NCBI RefSeq assembly: GCF_009914755.1
Contig: NC_060926.1
Origin: the human T2T-CHM13v2.0 reference genome, Homo sapiens
Length of the DNA: 64,000 bases
Reading direction: 5' to 3' (one strand)
The notes under the pieces were generated by a model, which saw only the letters and a program-made list of their open reading frames with translations, did not search any database and had not been told where the DNA came from. Shown piece by piece: positions 41,871-58,115 of the stretch. Each line of letters opens with the position of its first letter. Position 1 is the stretch's first letter. A program made the translations under genes and the position numbers.

Positions 41871-42239
41871 TTCCCCCAGCTGTTTTTGCTTCAGATATTT
41901 AAATACACTCAAATACGGTGTTGCTATTTGCAGTGTACAGTATGTTACTCAACACAAAAAAAAGTTTTCTACTGTGATGTCTTCACTGTGGATTGGGCTT
42001 TTTGTGTAAACTAGGCCCCTAAACCTTTGACCCTGTCCTGTTCTTCCTTCCGTTACATTTGCTTAATTGTTTCTTTGCACATTCACTCCTTTATCATTTA
42101 CATTTCTGCTATTTGATATGTATCTTTTGTACAGCAGACAATGGATTTCATTTTTTGACTCAATCTGAAACCCTCCCTTAAAAATTATAATAGTTTAGTC
42201 CATTCATATTTATGTTGAAAACATATATTTAGTCATACT

Positions 42240-42522
<283 letters not shown>

Positions 42523-42599
42523 TAGTCATGCTTCTACTTGGTGTTCTGCTTTTCATTTTTAAAATGTTCCCTTGCCTTTCCCCCCTTTTTTCTGACTTT

Positions 42600-45990
<3,391 letters not shown>

Positions 45991-46107
45991 CCATCTTAGC
46001 TGAATTCCTATTCTTATTTTTCTCTTTAGTGATTTGGAAGATATAGAGCCTTTTAATAAGGATTATCTTTTAAATTCTTATAAACCATCTCTAAGTTCAC
46101 AATTGGC

Positions 46108-46466
46108 TGTGGACTGAATGTTTACGCCTTCCCAAATTCATATGTTGAAATCCTAATCCCCAATGTGATTGTATTAGGAGGTGGGACCTCCTAATTTTGG
46201 AGGAAGTTAAATTATGAGCGTGGAGCCCTCATGAATCGGATTAGTGTCTTACAAAAGATGGTGAGAACTCTCTCACTATCTTTCCACTATGTGGAGATAC
46301 AAGGAGAAACCGGTAATCTACAGCCTGGAAAATGGCCCTCACCAGAACCCAACCACGCTGACATCCTGATCTTGGACTTTGAGTCTCCAGAACTGTAAAA
46401 AATAAATGTTTGGTGTCTGACCCACCCCATCCCTGGCCATTTGTTATAGCAGCCTGAACTAATACA
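46108..46466 (+). mobile_element. MaLR LTR (MLT1A-like)
   Basis: TGTGGACTGAATGTTT...AAATTCATATGTTGAAATCCTAATCCCCAATGTG...TTTGTTATAGCAGCCTGAAC. Confidence 0.85.
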
Positions 46467-47620
46467 ACAATTTTATATGTAATTGAGCCAATATTCTTCC
46501 AACAATTTAAAAAATAATCTATTAAATCTCTTTTGCCAATAATGAGAAACTTAGCATGTTTAACTCCCTGCTGCTCCAAATTATTATTTATTATATATAT
46601 ATATCCTAATAACTACTTTTAAACATTTGCATTGAGTTGGTTAAATTAATGAAAAATTAGACTTAGCAATACATTTATGTGGTTTCATTGCTTGCTACCT
46701 TATTCTAGTCAAATGCCTTTCTCCTTCTTGAGTTATTCACTTATATACATTTTCCAATCCACTGGACACGATTGTCTAATTTTTTTCAAGGGATGGGCTC
46801 GGGATCCTTCCATGTTTAGACACGTCTTTATGTTCTCATCTATGATAAATAACATTCAACCTGCTATTGATGGCTTATGCCTTGTGTTTACATATGGCAG
46901 TGTTTTTCATCACTAAAAAAAAATGTTTCTTGACTTAAAGTGCTCCCTTTTCATAACTGGCTGATCTTTTCGGTAAATGGTATATTAATAGAGATTTCCT
47001 GAACCATTCTCCTGCTTCTTGCAGTAACTCAGTGGCATTGAGGACAATGTGTTCTAGTTTCCCAGCTTGGTCTTCTTTTAAGCTACTAAATTGTGACGTG
47101 ATTTTTCTCCATGCTTACTCTTAACACAGTGAGATCTCTATCCAGATTAGAGTTCGCTCCTGTCAGAGATGTGCATCCCCCTTGTGCAAAGGCACAAATG
47201 AAGAGAAAAGGAACATTTTCTATTTCTTATGGTTACATTTTGCCAGATTTGAGATCTAGTTATCTGGGTGGCAGTGGTGGAATCCACAATAACTTGGCTG
47301 AAAGTTTCTTTTTTTCATATTTATCCAGGTAGCCAGGATTAGGGGGGCCACGGTGCCCTTCCTTGATCCTATCTGGATTCTGGTGCTTCACATCCCTGAC
47401 TCTTCCTCACTTCCTCGTTACTTAGATCTTGCAAATAGGGTCCTGGCAGTGTGAACCCCAGCACTTTCCTCATTGTTCTTGAAACCAGGAGGGGCCTCCA
47501 CCACATTTTCCTGACGATCTCTTTGCCACCCTCACTGCTCCCTCTGAGTAGGAGCTATCTCAGCTGTAGGTCCTTCCCACTTCTTCTCCAGCCTGACTTT
47601 CCTTTCACATGTAGTGAATT

Positions 47621-48419
<799 letters not shown>

Positions 48420-48511
48420 TATATGCGCTGGAGAAATTTCTTAATATCTCTGGCAGATAGAGGGCACTCTGCTCCTACATTAGTTTCCCTTTAGTCATAG
48501 TGCAAACTTAG

Positions 48512-48765
<254 letters not shown>

Positions 48766-49834
48766 CATGATAATCTTAAACTGTAGCAAGCTTTATAAAG
48801 TGGTGTCAGCAGATTGACTATTGTCCTTGACCTGATCGATGTACACAGCTGTGAGAGCACACAGAAGTCATATTCCTTACAGGTGGATTCCTGGGTGACT
48901 GCAGCAAGGGAGAAACTGATGGCTTTGGGGCACCCGAGGGGCTGGGTTCCTTGTTTCCAAGTTTACAGGAGCTGTGGAAACTTCAGGATACCTGGATGCA
49001 AGAGGAGGAAGAGGGGCTCTACCCTTGGATACAGGCAGTCTGTGGAAAGCAGACGTGCCCATAACAGTGGGCCTGAGAGTAATGACGGGGACTGCTCTTG
49101 TGCTCAGGGCACCCGGCAGTGAGCAGCAGTGGAAAGAGCCAGGGCTTGGTTACCTACAAGACCTTAGCTGAACTTGGGCTTTACCACATATTAACCTGTG
49201 GCCCAAGAAAAGTCTCCTTACTTCATCTGTAAAGTAAGTAGTAATAACAGAATCACCCTCTGGGTTTTATGGGGGCTCAGTGGGTGCGATGCATGAGATA
49301 CTTAAACAACACCTGCCACATATGTGTGGATACTCAAGGAATACTGAGCTTCCACAGTAGTTTTTGAATAAAGAGGAGCCAAAGGCTCTCTTTCCTCTTT
49401 TCTCTCTTCCTTTTTCCCCACCTAGTCTCTCCATTCTCCTTTCACCCCTTGGGGTGACTTCTCAGCCCTCTCCAAGATTCTCACTCTGGCCTGACACCCT
49501 CTTCCATTCCAGCCTATAGATCTGCCGCTGCTGCTACCCTGCAGGGCCGTCCACATGTGTGTTTGTGCAATGCTCCTCCCCTATCCCAACCCACCTAAAC
49601 TGAGCTTCCTCCACAGAGCTGTTTCAAATCCACATGGCCATTTCCTTTTCAGGAGAGTCTAGTATTTTATAACCGCCCTTCCCAAATCAGAACACAAGTA
49701 GACACATGTTCAGCTTTCCGTGTGTGAGAAATGGCCTCAAGGGTACAATTTTCTTGCGTGGTCCATGTTTCCACAGGGCCCCCTTTCTGACTTCTCCCCT
49801 GGGAGCCAGGAGAGCTGATGAGCCGACAGAGATG

Positions 49835-49913
49835 GGGCACACACACTGGGAAGCCAAGCACGTTAGATTTACTAGGGTCATGTCTGCAGGTGAGGTAACA
49901 GCACACACATACA
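49835..49913 (-). terminator. ADD2: ADD2 distal poly(A) site: UGUA (49913-49910), AGUAAA (49873-49868), CA cleavage ~49847, GU-rich downstream element
   Basis: Minus strand reads CTGTATG...CCCTAGTAAATCTAACGTGCTTGGCTTCCCA|GTGTGTGTG; canonical spacing; consistent with the known long brain 3'UTR of beta-adducin. Confidence 0.7.
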
Positions 49914-51926
49914 GAAATTCACGGGCAGAGATGCCACCGCAGCATCACCGTCAGACACCAAAGCAGCAGGAGGGCTCAGGAAGTGGCTTTGGAAAGTTCT
50001 CGTGAAAATCAAAGGGCAGCTTTGGTGCTCAGAGATTCAAACAGAAAACTATACAAAACCAACCCATAAATATATATATATATATAATATGTGTATATAT
50101 ATAAAATTGCAAAATAAAAGCCCAAGAAACTAACCACCGATCTGCACGTCAGTGGCTCAAAAAGTGTTAGCATAGAGAAAGGCAAAACCATCTGTGGGGG
50201 TGATGCATACTCAAGGGGGCCGGCATTTCAGTAGCAGAAAGAGTATTTACATGGAACCCCTATTTGAAACCTCACAATACTAGGAAAAGCTAAACACAGA
50301 CAATGTATGTACAAGGGAAGACAGTAAGTACTCTTGCGTGACGATTGTCAGACACAGACATTTCACTGAAACCATCCATAGCTTTAGAGAACACTGCATT
50401 CTATCTAGACTGGGTTCCTGCTTGCCTGCACCCCAGCCAGGCGATCTCAGGCTCTGGACCGTATGTTCTCCCCCACCTGGCCTCTTCCCGGAGAGAGCAA
50501 ACACTAAGATGTTGGTTGCAGCATAAATTGCAGGAATTTAAAGGTGGGGCAGTCCTTGGGTATCAATCAATCACCCACAAAGCAGGACCAACAGGTGTGA
50601 GGTGGAGTGGAAGTGTGGGGGTGGGGTTCCCTGAAATATATTCCCATTTTATAATGTGTTTCAAGTGTGGCCACTCTGCCCTTGGTCCAATTGCCATCCT
50701 CCTTCTGATTCACGTTAAAAGGGGAGATCTGGCCTTTGGGTTTTTAAACATTATACAAGATAATTTGCTGGGGGAGAGAAGAGTTTAGGGTCTTTCTACA
50801 GTTATTCTCCCACCACCCCCCAAACTCTTACGTTTTCTTTAAACTACCTAGAGATAAGCAATTTGCCGATCACAGCTGGCCTCAGTTCGGGACACAGTGG
50901 GTGAGGAGAGGAGCCCAGGACCTGACTCTACTAGAAAACTGCCAGTGCTTTCTCACACTGAGCCTCAGACTCCAGCTCTGCCTGAACCCCTTCCCTGCAC
51001 CAATAATGATCATTTCTCCCCCATCTGCAGGCCCCAATTTCCCATAGCAATGACCCAACTTTTGGGAAAATCTAGAAGGTAAGTGGCACCAAACATCAAT
51101 ATAGCCAAACCTAATATCACCTAAGTATGAACCAATGCGACCCATTGTTTCTGTATACATAAGAACACTCCCAGCTGGAGATTCTTCCTAATTGTTCCTA
51201 AGATGAAAAGCCTACATTCTCAAGGGAATTGTCTCTATAAAAATGATGAAAGGTGTTCTCCACTAAGGGACACCCCACTGAAGTCCCCACACTGCTTCCC
51301 GGTGAGCGTGGCTGCTCATTGTGAGAGGTAAAGGGATGTTGGGCATTCCTTGGTGACCGAGCTCTACGTGTGGTCTCTCATTTATGACAGAAAGTGTGCC
51401 ACATCTGAATAGGTTGGTTAGACGGGGCTTCTGGAAGTAATTACACTCCATGTACGCTTTCTTATGTTATGGTGCAAGTGGAAATGTGCACAGATAACCA
51501 ATGTGCACATTTCATGAGTTTACAGTCACTACAGGCCTCTTACTTCTTGCATTAAACTATCCCTTTCAGAACAGATGTGAAACAGATGATAGGCTGCCTC
51601 ACTGGCTTTTAGATTGTAGGGTGCCCTGTCCTTTCTGTGGGAGTGGAGAGCTTAAATTTAGCCTCTCCCTCATTTCTTTTCAGACTCTTTGAGTGCTAAG
51701 GTCTTAGAGTTCAACTGAGCTCCAGTGATGAGAGAGAATGTAAAAAGACCTGTTTCCTCTATGCTCAGTCAACTGCGACTGTGCCAACCAACTCTAGGGC
51801 TTCTGCTGACCTGCATGTGTAAAATGAGTAAGGGGTAAATGTTCTCTCATTTGTTCACTAGTCAAGAACTGATTACCCTTGTCCCAAAACTAGAACATAA
51901 AATTCACACAAAAGAAAAAACGTGTC

Positions 51927-52240
51927 AGCTGGCACAGTGGCTCATTCCTGTAATCCCAGCACTTTGGGAAGCCGAGGCAGGTGGATCACGAGGTCAGGAG
52001 TTCAAGACCAGCCTGGCCAACATGGTGAAACCCCGTCTCTACTAAAAATACAAAAATTAGCTGGGCAAGGTGGCGGGCTCCTGTAATTCCAGCTACTTGG
52101 GAGGCTGAGACAGAAGAATCGCTTGAAAAACCGGGAGGCAGAGGTTGCAGTGAGCTAAGATTGCACCACTGCACTCCAGCCTGGGCAACAAAGAGCAAAG
52201 CTCCGTCTAAAAAAAAAAAAAAAAAAAAAAAAAAGAAAGA
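51927..52240 (+). mobile_element. Alu (AluS-like) in the ADD2 3'UTR, antisense to the mRNA
   Basis: TSD AAAAGAAAAAAC(G/A)TGTC at ~51910 and 52241. Confidence 0.95.
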
Positions 52241-53499
52241 AAAAGAAAAAACATGTCATGCAGACCTATGCGTAGGCTGTGTGTTTACCCTCCACATACC
52301 TTCATGGAAAAATTGAAAATTATTTTTAGACTTTCAGAGGCGAATCATGCTGTTGGGCAAATGGTTCTTTCAAATCCATGGCAATCAAAGAAGTGGATTT
52401 ATAGCATTTTCCCCCACACTAGCAGTAGCCCTGCTACAACAATGCCAAACATCTGAATGACTGTCTTGCCATGTCACCATGAGCAAGTGACGGTATCATC
52501 CACAGGGAATGGGATTCAAATTCAGTCTACATGGATCAGTGGCAGAGGGCAGTGCTTTACAGTGGGGTTCTTACTGTAAGAACTTACTGCTCTTCATCCA
52601 ATTTCCCCCAAGTCCTTTAAAAAGAACTTATCTGTTCACAGAGGAAGAACCCTGTTTTAGTTATAGGAGAGTGGAGGGGGTCAACTGGCCAAAGTAGGAC
52701 AGTTACTTGGGTTGCATGCAGGCCAGGAGGCTCTTAGGGAGTCCAGATCTGGGCTAGAAGGTGTCTCTTTCTGCAGTTTGGGAGGAAGGTCACATGGTAT
52801 GGACGGTTCTCTCACACCACTGTTGGGTGCAGCCAACACTACGCAAGGAGCCGTTGGAGCCAAGCCTGTCTCTGCGAAACCACTAATCCTTCTTGTCCTC
52901 TCTCCTCCTGCCTGCCTTGCGATGGAAATAAGCTCAGAAACCTCTCCACTTCCCAGCTCAGCCAGCCACAGAGCAGCACATTGGTTCAAATGTTACCCTT
53001 TTCTCTGGCACATCCAAGCACAGTAGCTCAACCAGACATGAACCTACTGCCCACCAAATCTGAGCTCTTGAATACACATTTTCTCCAGTCAGATATTGGT
53101 CAAAGTTTTCAGCCAACTTTTATCCACAGCCAAAGAAAATGGCCTTTCCTTTCTAATAGCCTGTAGATTTGTTTGGACCACATGTCTGTTTCTGTAGCAT
53201 TTGGTGCATGTCCTCAAGCCTGGAGCTAAATGTGCCACATTCTGTGCAAGGGAAGAAGAAATGGCAGGATGGCTGGACACCTCTCCCAGCAATTCTACAC
53301 CAAGACAAAATAAAACTGGAAACATTAGCTCTTTGAATGCTCCCCTCTCCTTGTTGAAAATCCCTCTTAAGGTGCTTTATCCAAAGACTTTTATGGAAAT
53401 AAATTTTGTGTTGGAAACTCACTATCTGCTGTAGAGGAAACATCGTGTAAAGCAGGCCATCAACTATGTTTTAGTATTGACATTTCAAAAAGGCCTCAT

Positions 53500-54080
53500 A
53501 GCTCCCATGCCACCATCCCACGCCCATCCAGTCCACAGTCTCCATTCAGCCACCAAAGGGATTTTCCTAAAATGCAATTCTGATCATGACTCTATCCTGA
53601 TTTAAAGGCTCCAGTGGCTCCAAACCCCTTCCATGACAAGTCTAGCTCCTCCACACTTCCTACCAGTTTCCTTAGGATTCAGCCCTGCCTACCTATGAAG
53701 GGACCCCTCAACCCCTGAGCTTCCACATCATGCTCTGGCAATGCCACGTTGCTCAGCGGAACCCATCATGGCATTTCATGCGTCCACACCTTTGCACATT
53801 CTTCCCTCATTGTGGCATGCCCTGCCAATCCTTTCATTCTACTGGAAATTTACTCTTTGTTTTAAAACCTTAGCAGCCATTGCTTCTCTCAGGGTTTCTC
53901 TGGTCCCCAAGATAGTTAATTGATGCTTTCTTATGCCACCTTGGTACCCTTGCCTGTTTTGCAATTTGTCTATACACCTCCTATGCTCATGAACTTCTTG
54001 AGGGCAGGAACTATGCCTATCCTCATGCCTGGCCCTTGACCCAAGCTCAATGCATGTTTTTGGAATGCATGAGGAATGAA
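53500..54080 (+). mobile_element. L2 3' fragment
   Basis: CAGCCACCAAAGGGATTTTCCTAAAATGCAATTCTGATCATG...TCTTGAGGGCAGG...TGAATG-like end. Confidence 0.65.
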
Positions 54081-54874
54081 CCAACTGACAGGTTCATCTA
54101 TCAATAGAAAGTGGGCCCATGGCATAAATTCCCAGAATAATGCTGCAGCAAGACTCCACCCAATGAGGCCTAAGTGAGGCCTCATTGTCAAGGGAATAGA
54201 GTGTGTTGAATGCAGAGGCAATCAACATCACCCCCGAAGTAGAACAACTCGCACACAAAAGGCTGCATCAGAGGTCGTGTTCACCATTCTCACAACATCG
54301 TTTGCCACTTATTATTCTAGTCATAATGATGGCTCTCTTTCAACGTCAGCATAATGCCTGGTGCTCAGTGGATCCTTAACAAATACCATGTAAGGATAAA
54401 TGAATAAGTGTGAAATCTACTTTTTAAAAGAAGGCATCAAGGGATTGGCTTTTAAAGGCATTTCCCATATGACAGATTTTTCTGAGGCATGAGTGGGTTG
54501 TCCCTCCTAAAATTTGACCCAATCAGGAAGTAGAACAGAGATGGAGCCTGGGGTAGCAGTTAGGAATCTGCACTAGAGAGACACAGTGTCAGGTTTACCT
54601 TGGTCCTAGGTCAGTTTCCTTCCTTCTCAAGAAATAGCCAACTATGGATGGTATTTCCCGCCCCAACCAGAAGGCTCTTGCCTCTCCTTTGTCAGAGGCA
54701 CACAGTAGCATCACCACAGTCCACATTGACCAGGAACTTCACGTGCAGTGATGAGGATGAGCACAGGGTGTTCCCTACCTTTGCTTCACGTGCTAACATT
54801 ATGCAATGGAGAACAGTCATAGAGACAAATCCTGGATGAAAACCACCACCCCTGGGGATTAAAGTTGTCTGTTC

Positions 54875-55105
54875 ACCATAGCTGTTAAGAGCAAGGGCTC
54901 TGGACTCAGACTGACCTGGATTCAAATCCAGGATCCAGATCTTTCTAGCCAAGTCAGCTGGGACAAGTCAATTATCATTTTAGGGGGTCAATTTCCTCAC
55001 CCACAAAATGGGAATGATCTTACCCCCCTCAAAGGATTACTGTGAGGGTTAAAGAATGTAATGTATGTGAAGCCTGCACAGTGTCTATAGATAGCAAGTG
55101 CTCAA
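54875..55105 (+). mobile_element. MIR
   Basis: GTTAAGAGCAAGGGCTCTGGACTCAGACTGACCTGGATTCAAATCC...TTTCCTCAC...GTGAGGGTTAAA. Confidence 0.8.
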
Positions 55106-56199
55106 AAGTGGAAAACTATGATTAAGAACTTTCAAAAATATTTTCACGATAGTCAGATCAAAAGGAAAAATATTCTTTCAAGACACGGTGCTTTCAAGAG
55201 AATGGATTGTCTAATTTTTAGGAGCCAACAAATGCTCATTAATCAATGCCCCACGGAAGAACATGAGAAGACAGTGTTGGCATTTAAAACAATAACTGTG
55301 GCCATTACCAGGCCCCAGGATGGACAGATAGGGACAAGGACAGGGATACCCAGCATTTCTCTGAGAGCTGGTGCAAGAGGATTAATCCTGAAGGGCTCAT
55401 TTCTGATTCTCCTCTGCTGGACAAAGAATGACTGAGTTGGAACCTCAGAGGGTGCAAGTCAAGGTGCCAAGAGTAAGATGCCAGTTTCGGTCTGTAAGCA
55501 AGTGTTTCTGGGGGTGAGGGAAGGTCAGGGGAAACCTGACCACTGGACAGGAGTGAGGCAGGTACAGTGCATTGCTCCAGGTGTCATGCAAAGCTAGAAA
55601 GTCAGCATTTCCTCTGTTGTTTTGATCCTCCTTATACAACCCAAAGCCAACAGAGGATTTCAACTTCCCCAAATTTCTGCCCTGAGCATTAAACAACTTT
55701 TTCCTATGCTAAATTTGGTTTTAGTTTTGAAGTGCCTGAGATGCACAATTCAAAGGGGTCAAGTTCCTGGCCTCTTATGTTGATGAAACCATCCCCAATC
55801 CTCAGCTTACATGGCTTGCCCCTATGCCTACCACCTCTTATAGCTCTTCCATCCATCATTCAAGAGGTTCCATGAAGAAAGCTCAGGGTTAATGTTTGGG
55901 GTAGTACAAGCTAAGCCATCAGCCCTTGGGAACAAAGATTACTTTCTGTTGGAGGGGTCAATTTGGCTAGTCACTTTGAGCAGCAGGGCAGGGACCCAAA
56001 GTGGAAAAGAGAAGAGATTTTTAAATGTAGAGATAGCTCCATCCACAGGAGATTGGATTCCTGGGAAGAAATGGACCTTACTCAGGGGAAGCCTTGACCT
56101 CTGATTTAGTCTGAGCCTGTGAGAGCTCACGGCCCATTTCTGGCCTTCTTGCCCTAGGCTCAGATTGGTGGACAGCATCCAAACAAAGGCAGCCCACAA

Positions 56200-56370
56200 C
56201 TAGGCAGTGTTGTGTAGTAGAAGGAGCACTGGACTGGAAGTCAGGAGACCTGAATTCGAGTGCAGGCTCTGCCGCTAACTAGCTGTGTGACCTTGGGCAA
56301 GTCACCTGATTTCTCTTGGGCAACTGTAAAACGAAGGGTTGGTCGGGTGATCTCTAAGTTCCCCTTCCGA
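56200..56370 (+). mobile_element. MIR
   Basis: GGAGCACTGGACTGGAAGTCAGGAGACCTG...CTAGCTGTGTGACCTTGGGCAAGTCAC. Confidence 0.8.
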
Positions 56371-56486
56371 ATGTGGTCCAGGGTCCTACTCTATCCCTCC
56401 TTAGCCCTGTGCTTGCAGGGACAGAGATGGGAGAAGGGAAGGGGAGGAGAGAGAGGAGGCAGGAGGGAGCCCAAGGGTGTCATGAA

Positions 56487-56797
56487 TCAGGACTCCACTT
56501 TCTCCTTCTTTTTGCTCTTTTTCAGGAAGGAGGGGGTTCGGAATTTCTTTTTCTTCTTTGAGGGAGACTTGGAAGGTGAGCCCTCTGGGGACATGGGGCC
56601 GCTGGTGACCGACTCGGTTTTGTCCTTAGAGGTATCAACATCCGTGTCAGCACTGGTGGTCATCTGGCTCAGGCCTTTGCTGAGGATTTCCTCTGCCGTC
56701 TGCTCCTCCTCCCTCCCGTTGACCACCACCCCTTCCGGCTGGGTTGTTTCGGGCTCTGTGGTGGCGGCTTTGCTTGTTTCTGTCTTCTTAGTACCTT
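56487..56797 (-). CDS. ADD2: Beta-adducin terminal coding exon (phase 1; MARCKS-related C-terminal domain)
   Basis: Acceptor TCTTTTTCTAG|AAGGT at 56798/56797; translates (E)[22 protein letters not shown]...[40 protein letters not shown], the beta-adducin C-terminus. Confidence 0.97.
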
Positions 56798-57705
56798 CTA
56801 GAAAAAGATCAAAAGATATGACCTGTAAGATTTCATTCAGGTGACAGCTTCCACCTGGGGCTAACAGAACCATTTCTAGGGAATTCTATAAAATCAATCC
56901 AGAGCGAGGGGAGGGCCAGCCTGATGTTGAGGGATGGCTACCAGAGACAGATGGAAGGACTGGGTTCTGATCTGCACCTTCCATGTGGCCTGTCCTGGGA
57001 ACACCCCCTTGCAGGCTGGCAGCTCTGGGCTCTTGTCTATGAATTTAGATGGATATTAATGTCTGAAGTGGCAGGAGGCCCGGCTGGGGTCCAGCTCAGA
57101 GTTTTTCTAGGCAAGAAAGAAGAAACAGACACAGAGAAAGGAGAAGGCGTGAGGTGTACAGCTTGGTGGAGACATCTAAGCATTGCTGTAACCAGTTTAG
57201 TTTCACCAATAAAAACATGGAAATTACATGTCCTCAAACCCATTTCATTTTCTACACCAGTGAGGAACTCCAAGAAATATGGAGAATATCTTCCCAGTAG
57301 GCAGAGGGAGAGTGGAATTCCTTATATAACACAGACCCCATATTTCCAAGACATGTTAGTCAAAAGGGGAAGACCCCTGGTCAGCCCTTTCTAGCAGCCA
57401 CTGGGGCCCCCAGGTCTTTATTCCACCTGGGAATCTGTCGGGATCGCGGGAATGTTCAAGGCCAGAGTTACTCAGGCCCCAGAAACCAAACCCTCCTGCC
57501 ACCCTTTCTCCCCCTCCCCACTCTCACTCAACCTTGCTTCCACACAACCTTTCAGATGCCTGGATGGGGTGAGAGTCAGGGAGATTGTAAAACCACAGAC
57601 TGAAAAGTAGAAAGCAAGGTAAATATTATCTGATGCCTCTCCTCCCCACTGCACAGTTAAGAAGGCTGAAGAACACAGTACCATGGTGGGCAGACCTCGG
57701 CTTAC

Positions 57706-57739
57706 CAACTTCCGGTTCAGCTTCTTCTCACGACGGGAA
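57706..57739 (-). other. ADD2: Candidate 34-nt cassette exon of ADD2
   Basis: Branch-like CTCAC (A at -21), CTCCTTTCAG acceptor, TTG|GTAAGC donor, GAGAAGAAG enhancer-like motif, in-frame TGA. Confidence 0.45.
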
Positions 57740-57744
57740 CTGAA

Positions 57745-58115
57745 AGGAGTGTGTGTGGGTGAGCACGTGTGAGTGTGTACAAGTGTGTGTGAGTGTGCAA
57801 GTGTGTGTGTGGGTGTGTGAGGGTGTGCAAGTGTGAGTGGGCAGGTTGTGTGTGGTGTAAGTGTGTAAGTTTGAGTATGCAAGTGAGATTGTTTGCCATG
57901 AGTGTGTCTGTGTGTGTGGTGTGAGCATGTGCGAACCAGTGTGTGTGACAGTGAGTGGTATATGAGTGTGGGAGTGAGCGTTTACAAATGTGTTTGTGTA
58001 AGTGTGTGTGAGTGCACATGAGCATATGCGAGGGTGTGAATGTGTGCGAGTGAGTGTGTGACACACCTGTGTGGTGTGTGTGTGATGGGCACATATGAAT
58101 GCAGTGTGTGTGTTG
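57745..58115. repeat. Degenerate (TG)n/(CA)n low-complexity tract
   Basis: ~370 bp of imperfect TG repeats, CA-rich on the ADD2 sense strand. Confidence 0.9.

Larger units (their letters stand above)
49847..56486 (-). other. ADD2: ADD2 long 3'UTR (~6.6 kb)
   Basis: From the stop codon to the predicted distal poly(A) site; contains an Alu, L2 and MIRs, and an AU/U-rich distal end. Confidence 0.65.

Noticed and set aside
56820-56830. Alternative upstream acceptor TCTTACAG|G for the ADD2 last exon
   Set aside because: Poor pyrimidine tract and a 25-nt shift would frameshift; no support from sequence alone
56260-56844. 194-aa plus-strand ORF
   Set aside because: Antisense shadow of the ADD2 exon plus a MIR; no independent coding evidence
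56798-56873. N-terminal extension MVLLAPGG... of the 128-aa ORF
   Set aside because: Lies upstream of a clear polypyrimidine/AG acceptor; it is intronic
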